A stretch of DNA of 64,000 nucleotides from Vitrella brassicaformis CCMP3155. Lineage: Eukaryota; Protista; Chromerida. Positions 12,941 to 26,000 of this stretch are shown one piece after another (within the stretch, counting starts at the first letter, position 1; each line of letters starts with the position of its first letter). The notes under the pieces were generated by a model. That model made no database searches. It was not told the origin of the DNA and saw nothing but the letters and a program-made list of their open reading frames with translations. The DNA is taken from positions 550,570 to 614,569 of the forward strand of contig CDMY01000255.1 of assembly GCA_001179505.1 (NCBI GenBank). The letters run 5' to 3'. The translations under genes and the position numbers were made by a program.

Positions 12941-13999
12941 TCATGGTGCGAGGCTCTTCTTGTGGCTTCGCATGCCCCTCATGCTCATTCTGCTCGCTGT
13001 GCCGTCGATGAACGAAGAAGCTGGGTCCTCACAGGGCGGGACGACGGGCGGCGATGGACGGCCCGCGCACTTGGCGGCTCTCTCGTTCATAATCTCCTTG
13101 ACCTCCTTCTCCTGAATGCACATACACACCACCAACACATACATACACACAGGTGACACGAGAGATGAGTGACATCTATGACATGTCATTCACCTCTTTC
13201 CTTTTGAGTTGCTGTTCCTTCTTTCTGGCGGCCTGTTCCTCTATTTGTGCCTGCTCCTCCTCTGCCGCCTCTTCATCCTCAGCCTACACACACAGACAGA
13301 CACACGGCGATGCATAATTGTGTCTCACTCTCTCTCCTGTGTGTGGTTTGTTTGTTCACCTGGATTATGTCTTTGATGTGCTGTTCCTCCTTCCTTAGTT
13401 GCGCCTTGAGGCTGGCGTCGTGAGCTGCCAACACGCGCTCCTCTTCACGCGTCTTCTCCTTCTAAACCACACACACACACACACAGAGACACAGACGGAT
13501 GACGGCTGACTGTCTGTGTGTATCTGTCCATGTGTGTGACCTCAGCGGCCAGTTGTTTGTCGTGCATCTGCTTGTCGGCCTCGAGCTGGTGCTCGAGTGC
13601 GATTGCCTTGCGCTTGTAGTCCGCGGTGCGTGCCCTGGCCGCGTCTGCCTTGCGTGCCTCTTTGTCATGGATGATGGCTTCTTTGGCGCGACGGTCGGCC
13701 GCACTCTCCGCATACAGATCCTCAGACTCACTCGCCAACTCGTCTACACACACACAGAGAAACAGAGAGAGACACACAGACAGATGTCTGGATGGGTCGA
13801 TGGATGGATGGATGGATGGATGTGTGTGCATACCGGCGATAGCCTTTTCGGTGTCCGGTGCTGCTCCGCCGGCCTCGTTGATGCCGATTTTGGCACCGTT
13901 GACTGTGATGCTGAAGGGCGGGTTGGCGGCCGCAGTGGCGCGAGACACGACACACACAGACAGGAGCAACAGGACGGTCATCGCAAGTTTCATCATCAT
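12941..13999 (-). CDS. Secreted charged coiled-coil protein, unknown function
   Basis: Signal peptide MMMKLAMTVLLLLSVCVVSRATA. About 5 exons of A/E/K-rich heptads (DELASESEDLYAESAADRRAKEA..., KEKTREEERVLAAHD...). Ends ...HKKSLAP*. Confidence 0.8.
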
Positions 14000-14404
14000 T
14001 ATGATTTTGACGGCAGCTTAATGAGAGTGAATGACGATGACGCACTGATCGTCAATTGATCGATCAAGGGACCGATGCTGTCTGTATTCCTACAGTCCTG
14101 TGTACATACATGTGTGCACACATACAGCTTGAGATCTGCGGTGCCTCTGCTGACACGGACATTCCACACAATTAATGCGACCGTCGCAGCTAGGCAACGA
14201 TGAGTGGGACATCCATCCAGTGCACCCATCCATCCGACACACGATGCACCACCCGTCCATGTACGCAGCTGTCGCCTATACCGCGCTGCTGCTGACGGAA
14301 CGAGGAGACAGAATCTGCCAGCAGGGATAACCAGGAGGGATAATAATGAACAGCCTCCGGCGGCGGAAATTCGGCGGACCGGACCTCTTGAAAATTGTCT
14401 TTAG
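14000..14404. promoter_or_regulatory. Putative bidirectional promoter between two divergent secreted-protein genes
   Basis: About 405 bp separates the ATG at 13999 (-) from the ATG at 14405 (+). Positional inference only. Confidence 0.4.
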
Positions 14405-15757
14405 ATGTTTTCCAAGGCATTCTTGTTCTTTTTGACCGTCCTGTCCACCCTCTTCATCCTCACCTCTTCTCTCACGTTCCCTGATGACGGACGCCTGAAG
14501 AAATCCAAGAAGAAAGGCCGATGCGCACCAGGTGCTGTGATGGTGGTACAAAACGGCGGCACCCCCGGGATCTGCATGGATCTTTGCTGTGTGCGTACGT
14601 GTGTTGTGATCTCTGATCTGCAGGTGCCGGGAATCTGGGCATCAACTATGACGCGATCAAGGATGCCCGCCCCTACGCCAAAAGAGAGAAACAAGCTGGG
14701 GAGATGATCACCTTCCACCACGTCATACCAAAGAGCCTTCTTGTCAAGGTCAACCTGTACCACGCCATCGTTGCATGAGCATCGTGACCTCTTGTGTGCT
14801 GGTTTGCAGTGGTGGAATAAGGCCGTGTGTCCGAAGGAGGGTCAGGAGGCGATCCGCAAGTTCGTCGACGTGTTGGCAGAGCATGCCCCCAACTACAGCG
14901 GATTCGTGGAGAACCGAGCCACTCCGGCAGATGTCCAGGAGTGGAAGGACTTCATGAAGGACCCCAGCGACAACCTCGAGCTCAACGTCCGCGCAAAGGT
15001 GGCTTTTCTCAATAAGGAATGGATGCCGGCGGATCATGTTTGTTTGCTTTCCTCTGCAGCTCCGTGTTGCAGTGACCTGGATGCCCGGCAATGTGGTTAA
15101 AGGCCCACCACCAGGCAGACGGACGGAAGATCCTGGATCTGACTTCGACTATGTAACCTCTCACACCCAACCCTCGCCCCCTCCTTTGAGCAGTGAGATC
15201 TTCCTCCATATTGTGTTGTGTGTGTAGGGTGTGTGTTGGTACCAGAGCTGCGTTCACGGCCAACCCCTCTGCCCCGCCGCCATCGAAGCCAACCGGCTGA
15301 TGCGTCAATACGTCGAGACGGGAGATGTCTCCCTCCTTCCCCGCACAGTCGAGCTTTTCTCCCTTATTGCATCAAAGGAAGGCGACGGGTCAGTCAGACA
15401 GCAACAGACGACACACACACAAAGACACACACAAAGACACACACACATACACACACACACACATACACACACATATGGAGAGAGAGTGGCGTGTTGTGTG
15501 ATGTTTGATGATGGTGCAGTGCGCCGTTCTACAACCAGCTGTGGACCCACCGCGGCAAGAAGTGGACAGCAGGCAGCGATGAGACCATGAAGCCCCTCTA
15601 CTCGGCCGACCCCGCGGCCTACTGCCGCAAGCTGCAGGCCATGGAGGCCAACCAGACCACTACTGTCACTGTCAAGTTTGAGGGAGAATACGACGAATTC
15701 GAAGACGAAGAAAGCGACGGAGAAGAGGAATGGGAAGAGGAAGAGGAGGAGGAATGA
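14405..15757 (+). CDS. Secreted protein with an HHxxP...W-x-P-G-N signature (possible HNH/AHH-like nuclease or toxin fold) and an acidic tail
   Basis: Six phase-consistent exons: 14405-14531, 14624-14748, 14810-14998, 15061-15152, ~15228-15389, ~15520-15757. Signal peptide MFSKAFLFFLTVLSTLFILTSS, then 'ITFHHVIPKSLL' and 'TWMPGNVVKGPPPGRRTEDPGSDFD'. C-terminus 'EFEDEESDGEEEWEEEEEEE*'. Confidence 0.8.
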
Positions 15758-17084
15758 GCTGAATGGCGGCCGGCTACACACACACACCATTGAGACACCA
15801 TTCATATTCACTGATTCATCTGATTTCTTTCCGATGGCAAAGCGTCCTGAGTGTGGGGATCCTTGCGTGAAAGATGATACACCTGGACGGACGGAATCTT
15901 TCGAATGGATTGTTTTGGATGGGAAGCGATCTAATGAGACGTCCCACAGTTTGAATCGTCAAAAGGGTCCATCCATTCTCCACATTCAATGCGCCCGGTT
16001 GATGTAATGCACCCGGCTGCATGTCTCTGTCAGGCTCTCTCTGTGGCTCGGTCATGCACTCACAAAAGAAGAGCATTCACCCACCAAGAGACATCAAGAA
16101 CGCTCAAAAACCTTCCACGGATATAAATTGTAGGTAGCGATACACACGCCACCTCTCATCCACACCCGCACGCACCCGCCCACACCCATTAGGGTCGCTC
16201 CTTGTGGTCCGCTTATCGATAAGTGCCGCTTCTTGATACTCATGCCGCCAGCAGCCCCGCCAGGATGTGGTTCAGCTGCCCGTGTCTTGAGGTATATGTA
16301 CCTCTTCAAGTGCCTCGGCAGCAAGCTGTGGATGCATTTGCGACGATGAAGAACGCCGCAGCGTTGGAGAGTCTGGAATGCTCCACACAACATGGCAGAC
16401 GTCAATCGACAAATGAGTTTGTCTCCGTCTCGCGGAAATCTCGCCCGATGATCTCACCCTTCTACTCATGCCCACACAGAGCAAATCGTGCTGCCAATTA
16501 ATGCGTGCTAGACCACCTGGTCATTCATTGGCCTGGAACGGCGTGGCCAGCATCAAGGCATGGCATCCCGTTTTCGTCAAGGGGCCATCGAATACGTACA
16601 CTGGATGGTCAACGTGGGTCAGTCATTGTTGCAACTGATCGTTTTGTCAACTATGTCTGTGTCCGTATCCATCCATCACATCACGTGTGCGTGGCCACTT
16701 GCCTGCGTAAGTGACTTCATGCGCTGCGTGCCCCGCTCGCTGGGCACATTTTTTCCGCTGGAATAATGGGTTTGTTGATGTATGTTACAACATACAAACA
16801 AATGGCAACCCTCCGAGCCCATCCTCTTGCACTCGCCTGCAGCCTGCTCAGGTGTCTCTTGTAGCCATCGCCCGCAATGCCTCGCCCATGCAGTCCTCGA
16901 TTGTCGCGGCATGCATCCTTGATGGCCTGCCTTTTCTCGTTCGCTTCAAGTCACAGCAGAGGGGGAAACGCCGACAGAGACGACACATCGACATCGCTCT
17001 TCCTGCACGCAGCGCACCGACAACCACAGCACGCACGCAAGAAATCATCTGGTGGATTTTGAGCTTCCTTCCCCCCATGTGTGC

Positions 17085-20000
17085 TTACTCCTCTTCTGCC
17101 GGCGTGGGCGGGGGAGGCTGCTGCTGTGGATCCTTCTTCTCTTCGCCTGCAGTGGGCCGCCTTCGCCACTCTTCCCTTGGACCCTTGCCGCCATGATGCC
17201 GGTGGCCCTGCCGCTCCTTGTCCCTCTCCCGATGGCGGCCGCCAGACTGATGATGCGCAGGGGGTGCGCCAGGCTGGTGGTCGCGCTCACGGTCACGGTC
17301 GCGGTCAGGCGGTCTGGATGGTCGCTCAGCCGGCTGCCTGCCGCCCTGCAGTGGGGCGTCCGCCGGAACAGACAGAGTACTGCTTGTGGGCTCTGGGTGG
17401 GAGTCACTGGCGCGTGCTGCTGCTGGTGCTGCTGGTGCTGCAGAGCAAGGTGCGCCTTTGTGCCTGTCCCCACCACCAGCACTTGGCGTGGACGGGGCCT
17501 CACTGGGCGTGTGCTCGTGTTGTTGTCTTCGCCTGTGTGGCGACCCGCCCCGCGACGTGACGACATTGGCAGATCCAGTACTGTTGAGGCTGACGGAGGA
17601 TCGGGAAGCGGGGCTGACGGCGCGGCCAGAGCCGCCCGCGGCTCGCTCGCCTTCCCTCTTCGCCTCCCGGTGGTCATCTTGGCTTGGCGGCGACGTTGAT
17701 TGGCCCGCTGGTTGAGCAGCCGTTGCTGGAGCTGTAGCTGTGACCGCCCCCTCCTTCGGCCGACTGCGCCTTTTGGAAACCACCTCGATCCACTCTGCAC
17801 CTGCACCAACGAGAGGAGGGGGGAGAAAGAGACAACACCGATAAATGCAACGCACTCATGGGCATGTCTGACGGGCTCTCTTTGCGCGTGACCTGGGGAG
17901 TCCTCTGCGCTTCTCTCCTGCTCGGCTGGGGGCACGTCCGGCACGTCTGATGCGTCGCCAAAGTCGTCCCCAAGGAGGCTCACCACCGATGCATTGGGTG
18001 AGAGCTCCGACTCGGGGATGACCTCGCCGTGCTTCTCCATCTCGGACTTGATGGACTGATATGATAAGGACAGCACACGACATGCGAATTCACTTGATGG
18101 ACACGCGCTCCCCTCCCACCCATCGAAGAAGCTGCATACATACCTCGATGTTGGCGTACGCGTCTTCAAGCTCCCTCTCGAGTGCAGCCTGGGACTCCTT
18201 CTGCGCCTTCTTGCCTCGCTTGCCGCCACTCACAACCTGCCACTTCTTCTTCTCCTCCAGGTCGTTGACCCGTGCGGTCTCTCTTTTGAGGCACTCCAGC
18301 CGCTCAGTCTCGCACGTGGGCATCGGCATCGGCGGCAGATGGCCCACCGACGCCACACTTGACGGCACTTCATCCGAGTTGAGCTCGTCGTCGTCCTTGG
18401 CGCTTTCATCTTCCTCGCACACACCCTCGGGTCCCTTCCGAGTGCTTGGCGCCGACACTGGTGGAGCTGCTGCAGCTGCCATTCCCTCAGAGCTCACTTG
18501 TGGGGGTGGCTCCTGAGCTCGGGCGGTCGGGGCAGGGCCCTCTGCTGCAGCGGGCGGTTGCCGTTGGGCCTGGCTGTCTGACATCCTCTCACTCTGGGAA
18601 GGGGCTTCTGGTGTCGCCGGCGGCTGCGCTTGTTGGTTGCCCTTTCTCGACGCCTTGGGCTGCCTCTTGGGTGCGTCGGAAGAAGTCAACACTTCGCTGC
18701 TGGCCGTGCTTGATGGCGGTGACGGCTGAGGCGTAGGCTGGTGGTCAGCGGCAGGTGCTGTGGTCGCAGGGCGGCTGGAGACCTTCCCTGCCGCATCAGC
18801 CGCTTTCTTGGGCGGTGGGTTGGCCTTGGCTCTCTGAGCCTTGGGCGAAGAGAAGCCCGTGGCGACGTTCGAGTACGTCATCCCACTCGCTGCCTGTGGA
18901 CTGGACGGGGGGCTCGCTTGTTGCTTCTTCGGAGGGGGTGGCGGGGGAAGGGGAGAGGGCGCCAGCGGAATCGCCGACGGCTGCTCAAGCTCGAACGGCT
19001 GGACGGGCAGCTCGGTCGGTGGGCACTTCCGGATGGGCTCTCCGGGGGGATTCACATGAAACGGTGGCACCGAAGCAGACGTCCGTTGAGGCACAGATGG
19101 GCCGGCACCTCGCCCCAGGCCCCTCCTATCTGCAGGACGGGAGGGTACACCCTCTCCTCTCTGCTGGCTCTCTCTCGGGGAAGGGCCGTCTGCCCTTTCG
19201 CTGCTCCTCCCTGCTGTGGACGCTCTCGCAGCGGCTTGAGAGGCCGCTGGAGGGCCGGCGGTCTTCTCTGCCGATGGGGCTGCTGGTGTGGCGTGCGGCG
19301 CGGCTTCTGCGATGGACTTCTGCGCGGCCCTCAGCCAGCTGCCCTCAGCAGGACTGGGCGCGCTGTCATTGGACGGGGGAGGGGGCGGGGGAGGAGGGGG
19401 CGCCTGCGCCTGCGCCGAGGCTGGTGTAGCAGACGCAGCAGCCTCGTTCGGTGCCTTGTTCCTCCCCCTCCTCCGATCGTTGTCCTGCGGGGATGGCTGA
19501 GAAGCTGGCTGCTGTGGCGCTGCATTGTGCGATCGACTCGTTTGCGCTCGTTGCTCTTTCTCTTGCGCCGCTGGCGATGGCGCTGATGGTGGGGCAGGGT
19601 TGTCACTGGCTGGCGTCGGCTGTTGCTCTGGTTTCGCTCTTGCCTGGGGCCTGGTCGATTGCTGTGTCCGGGCTTCTTCTTTTTTGGGGCCTTCCGAATG
19701 GAGGAGGGCAGGGAAAGATCTGCTGTCGTCCTCTCTGGAGGGCTCAGGGGGCCGCGAGGCAGCTGTCGTCCCGTCGCCTTCGAGCAACGCTTGGCTCTCG
19801 CTGGTCTGCGACGCGGCTGATCTCATCCTGGGCGCGGGGCGGGAAGGGGCCGCCGGCTCGCTCGGCCGTGTCTGCCCTCCATCTGCGTCTGGCCTTGGCT
19901 GCTTGTCGCCCGATTTCTTGCCACCCTTCTTCTTCGCAGGTGGCTCCTTTGGCCGATTTTCCGCCTCTGTGTCGCCGTCAGGTTGTGAGCGTTGCCCTCG

Positions 20001-23000
20001 ACCCCAGCTGGGTGCCGCAGAGTCCGCTGCGACGACCGTAGAGGGCGACAGGGGGGCGGATGCAACCCGCACCACCTCCAGAGGGGTCTTCCTGTCCCTC
20101 TCCGACGCACCCTGCACCATCTGGTCGTCCTTGGACGCGCTCCTCGGCTGTTGCCTCCTGTCGCGATCGGCTGCCAGGGACTCTTCCAGGCTGGGATAAG
20201 CATCCCTCTCCCGCGTGTGCGATGGCGCCTTGTCGTCTTGCCGCGGCGTGTTGGGCTTGGTGGCCGGCTGGGGCTGGGGAGGGGGAGGGGGAGGGGGCTG
20301 GGGTTGGGGGACGGTCGGGGCGATCTTGTTGATGCTTGCCGGATTGACCACTCCTCGCCCATCCTCGCTGGCCCTGCTCGCCGTGGTGACTGCAACACCA
20401 CCCGCAGCAGCAGCACTAACAGGAGCACCCGCTTTGGGCCGCGCGCCGCTCATGGCTTGGTTGATGTCGACGGTGACGAGGGGCTTCTTCTCGACCTGCA
20501 CCGTTGGAGGGCGGCTGCTGAAGAAGTCCTCGGGCAGGAAGAGGCTCTTGCTGGATGTGGACGACAGGCCGGGTGCTGAAGTGGGTGTGCAGCTGCCGTG
20601 AGGCGGGACCTTGATGGACGGCGGGTGGATCGAGGGGGACAGACCGCCTGACGCAACTGCAACAAGCAAAAGACATAGCGACGGCGAAGGAGATGTACGT
20701 CTTTAGATGGTGTGGTTGTTTACCTACCTGCACCGCTGCCGAGGATGCCATCGTTGCTGCCATCGTGTGTGTTCCGCCTGCAGAGAGAGACAACGACGCA
20801 TGACGCTCTCGCTGGGTTGGATGGTGACTTCCCTCCCCTCCCTCCTGACGTACCTCTCGAACTTGCGCACGATTGAGATGACAGGCGCTCCCGTCCCGGC
20901 GCCCCCGCCACTGTCGCCCTCGCCAGGTTGCCTGTCGCGCCTCTTGCGATGGTCAGCCACCATGACCACCCCACCCTCGGAGTGAATGTCATCCCGGCGC
21001 ATGTTGATCTCGCGGACCTCAGCAGACAGACCAAACTCGCCACTCAGGCTCAGTAAATCCACCGCGGGGTCTCTGCCAGCCCTGCTGCCTGGGACACCTG
21101 TCTGAGGCCGCTGGCCGGGTGCCGTCCGCCCTCCTCCTATAGCCGTGCTGCTGGCCTTGGGGACGGTCATGCGGCCCTGAGGCCTGACGGGGATGGGCAA
21201 CTGCCCGCGACCGTGGTCGGACTCAGATCGCAGTGATACGCCCACCTCCCCTGGCGTGAAGGAATTGCGATTCTTGCCAGATCGGTGGCTCTGCAGCGAG
21301 CCTCCCGGCCCTCCGCTGTAGAAGATTCCGCCGCTCCCACTGCCCCTGTTGGGGAAGGGCAGAAGGGCCGACAGCAGGGCATCGGACGATGACGTCGACA
21401 CCGGTGGGGGAGGCGGTTGCGGCTGGTGCTGGGCTGGGGGATGTGCCTGCCCATGATGATGCGGACGGTGGCTGTGGTGGTGCACAGGGGTCACTGATGG
21501 AGGGACCTGGGGCATCGGTGGCGCGGGAGGGGCCGCCAGCGGTCCAGGGGGGTTTGAGGGCGACCCTCTGCTGGCCGCTGAGGCGCTCTTGGGGAAGCCC
21601 AGGGGCGAGGGAGCGCCGTAGCTGCTGGACTGGAATGCCTGCAGCACAGCCGAGTTGCCCCCCTTGAGTCGGTGGTCGTCGACGAGGATGGGGACGATGG
21701 AGCCATCGGCCGACATGGTGGGGTACGAGTAGGTGGATGCCCCCGACGTGCTAACGCTCTCGTTCTCGTCGAACTCACACATGACGTCGCTCTGCTGCTC
21801 GCCTCTCGGGAATGGAAACAGGGCCTCGTGGTGCGGCGGCAGACTGAGCAGACCTGGACCGTCGTTGGGCCTGGACCGGCTCATGTGGGGCATCCTGCCG
21901 TGGCCAGGGTCGCTCGACGGCACCGAGTGACGGCCGCCCCTCCCTCCCCCGAAGGCGCCAACTCCTGACGGCGCAGCGGTCACCGTCTTGCCTCGCATCG
22001 ACGTCCCAGAGGGGAACCTCGCTCCGTGTGATGGGAGCGTGTCTATCGACCGCCAGCTCTGCTCGCCCGCCTCCCTCCTCACATCTGTCTCTGTTGGTGG
22101 CGCAGGCACCAGGCCGCGGCCGTCGACGGGCAGGAATGGCCGGGCTGGCCGGGACAGAAGGGGGGGCTGCATGCCGATGCCGTTGGGTATCAGGAATGGC
22201 TGGCTGTTCCTGGGCTCCGCGTGGGTGTCGAGACAGAGGGTCGACATGACTTGTGGTGGCGGCGGTACGCCAGTGGCCATGCTGTCGATGTAGTGCAGGC
22301 TGGACCGGTGGCTGGGCGGCGGGGGAGGGGGGTGCGGCCGAACGAAGGGAGGTCGCGATGGGGGAGGGTGGGTGATGCCGGGAGAGATGCGGAAGGAGTC
22401 GCTGTCCATCGTCAGTGTCCCCCCCGTCGTTGCGATTTGAGTCAGCGGAGACGACGGGACAGACGACGCATGCGCCAGCTCCGCACCCATGTGGTCGACA
22501 CGCCCACTTGCGATCGAGTCGGTCGTCTTGGCCTCGCTGCGCCCTGGGCCCATCCTGCCGCCCTTACCCAGCTGCGCCCTCTCCCGCTTGGCCTTCTGCT
22601 TCTTGGTCAGCTCCTCGCCGCTAGGGTCCTTGGCCGGCGGGGGCGGCTCCTTGGGCAGCAGCTCCTTGGGCCGCCACTTCATGTTGTTGAAGGCCTGGAA
22701 GCCGATCATGTCCCGCCCATTGAACGTCTGGGACATGGACCGCGGGATCTGAGCGCTGTCGAGCCGCCTGGACGTGACGGCCGGGGGGTCGTCGGACTCC
22801 TCCCTCTCCATCATACCGCCGCTGGGGGCGAAGGCACGGGCGTTGGGGTTCCTGTCGACCTCCCTGTGTGGTACTGGCTGCTCGAGTGGTCCTCCCCCAT
22901 CCTCCCCTGCCAGGCCCCTGCCCTTGGGCCCCTTCTGCAGAGCTGACGCTGACACTTGTGACTGGCTCTGGCTCTTGCCTGCACGTCCCTGCACCGGCGC

Positions 23001-26000
23001 TGCCTTGCCGCTCCTGCCTGCGCCTTTGTTGTCAACCTCCCCTCTCCACTCAGTCGACAGGTTCCTGGCCGACCGGGGGGATGCGTCGACAGAGCTCATC
23101 ACATCCGATGAGGGCGCTGGCTCCGACGGCTGCTCTCTCACGACGGCAGTGACGCTCTTGGCCTTGGGGATGGCCTTGGGCGTGGCCTCGGAGGCCAGCA
23201 GGGGGGGCTCCGACTGGCCAGGCAGCGTGGGGCTGTCCGTGTTGACCGGAATTGGCATGGTGGGGGTAGCAGCATGGGTGGAAGCCGGGGGCCGGGCGTG
23301 CCGTGATGATGGCTGGTTGGGCGAGGGCGCATCCAAGTCCTCGGGCTGCTGCCCGTGATTCGCTGGAGGGGCGGTGCCGTCCTGGAGCGGCGGAAGGTTG
23401 AAGTTCTGCAGGACGCCCAGTGCGATCGGCTCCGCCGGCATCCGCTCATCTGCCGATGGTGGCCCCATAGTGCCCTGGTGGTTGAGCAGGTGCTGCAGGT
23501 GGTGCAGACGATGAGCGGCGGATGTGCTGGTGGCCGCGCCGCTGTCATTGTTGGCCGCTGTTGCTGCTGCCTCCTGGTGGTGCTGCTTGAGGATGGTGCA
23601 GAGCTCCTTCAGGCCATCGACCTCCTGGTCTTGCGATGACAGCCACTGTGGCCACGGCATAGGGGGCGGCAACAACTGCGCCATGGTCTCGTCACGGTGG
23701 CCCGGTATCAAGCCGTTCCGCCCTGCGATCGCGCCTCTCGCCCCTGTTGATTGTCGCGGCACCGGCCCACCATCGCTCGTCGGCCCCGACGCTGCTGCTG
23801 CCGCAGCTGCTGCGGCCAGTCCATTGCCCCTCGGCCCATCACCGTCCTGCGTCGGCGGCAGCTGCACATTGCCAAAATCAGGAAGGCTCCCCTGCCGCAT
23901 TCCCCTGTCGTCAGGGCGTCCCGGGTCCATGACGGGCGAGGCAGCGGAGGATGTGCCAGGCGTGCTGGGCAGTCCGCTCATGCCGCCCCTGGGGGAGGCC
24001 CCTCTGTACAGACTGGGGGTGGATGGCTGCGAGCGGGGCGGCAATGGGGGCCGCGGGCCGGGCGGGGGAGGAGGGTGCGACGGATGGAAGACGTTGGGCG
24101 TGAACCGCCCGGGACTCCCAGCGATCGACTCATCCGTCTGCGTGAGGGTGTCGGACGAGGCACCCCTGATCGAGTGGGGGAGCGTCAGAGCCGCCGAGCC
24201 CGCCTGGGTTGCGTGAGTGCCGTCGACCAACGCCTGCAGCGCTCCAGAGGAGCCGTCGAGGAGGCCCTGGCCGATGCCTGTCGTCTGAGGAGGGGAGAAG
24301 TGCAATCCGAATGAGGGGTGGATGATGGTGGGGTGGCTGGTGCCCATGTCGCTGTTGATGGACCGGTCGCGGACGGCGTGCTGTGGCTGTGGCTGGTCGG
24401 AGGAGGGGGTCGGGGCGGGGGTGGGCGTAGCGCTGGGCGGGATGAGGCCGCTGGTGGTGGGCTGCTGAGACAGCCAATTCAGCCGGTCGCTGGGATGCAC
24501 GGCTGGGGCCTGAGAGGCCATCTGGTTACGGCACATAGACAGACAGACAGGCAGACAGATATGGACAAGGGAACCATCATGGACATCAACCGTGTGTTCC
24601 CTCAAGTAAAGTACCTGATTGTTGGTGGCATTGGCATTGGCATTGGGTCGCTGTGTTGCCACGCCGCCCTGCATGCGGTTATGCAGCTCGAGGATGCTCT
24701 CGAGTGAGGGTGGCGGGGGCGGAAAGTGAGCGTGTGCGTTGAACCATATGGCCGGGGAGTAGTTGTGCAGGTCGTTGTCCAGCATCTTCAACGTGTTCTT
24801 GAAAAACTTGCGCAGAGACGCACTGCACTGGCTCTCTGAACCAACGAATGCCGCATATCAGTGGCCATGATCCTTTCTCTAGTGTATGTATGCCCTCGTG
24901 CAGTGAGTGCATGGCTCACTCACTCAGGATGGCGTCGAGCACTTCGTAGCCCATCTTGAAGGCCTCTGCGATGCGGTAGAAGGACGTCTGCGAGACCGAC
25001 CGCCCCAGGTTGTTGAGGTTCATCAGCGGGTCGACGATGTTGACGCTCTTGAAGGCGAACCCGCCCACATTGTAGGGCCCGCCGCCCGTGTTGCCGGGCC
25101 GCCGACCCGACGACGCCAACAAGCCTGTCGGCAGCACCGCGCCGTGGTACCCATACGACTGGCTGAAACTGCAGCCAACAACAGACGAGCGAGCATGGGA
25201 CAGCGGTTAGGCTCTTCCGTTGCCTGTAACAGACAAACCTGCTCCTGAGCGATTCGACCCACTGGACGATCTCCATGGACACGGGAGGCTGGGCGATGTT
25301 GGTAGCGGCCCTCTCAAGTTGCGGGTCGGGCAGCTGGGAGAGGGCGTTGGCGGCGACCCCGCCGGCCTCCCTCTTGGCCTCGTTCATCTTGGCCTCTGTG
25401 ATGCGCTTGAGCTCGTCCAGGGGCAGGGGGCCGCAGACCGTCACGGCCTGCTTGTCCCAGGGGAAGTTGGCGTAGAACTGCAGAAACTTGAACAGCACCT
25501 GCATCGCATAGTATCGCATGGCGGACAGAGAGAGAGGGGAAAGCGACAGATACTTCGTGTGACGGAAGGGGGTGTCCTTAAGGGAGGGAGGGTGGTGTGA
25601 ATGAATGGTGTTCGTATCGCACCTGCAGTGGCGTCCTCAGCTGGGGTTGGAAGAGGTGGAAGACGCACAGTACCAGCGTCTCGAGGGCGTAAGTCGCCAT
25701 CAGTCCGCTCCGGGAACCCAGCGTGTGGCTCTCATACGCACACCAACACTGCAGCAGCAAGCACCACAATATGGATGGATGGATGGCAGCGACGAAGGAA
25801 GGCATTAGGTGGGCCAGGGTGTGGTGTGTGGTGTGGTGTGATACGGGCGTCTGTGGTGTGGCTCCGTTTCGGTGTCACCTTGATGAGTATGGTGGCCCGC
25901 TTGAAGAGGTGGAAGTGCCCCAGCCGACGGTCAACGTGCTCCAGAAACACAAAAGAACAGCACCCACCTATCTGCAGGGGGAGGGAAGGGACACCACACA

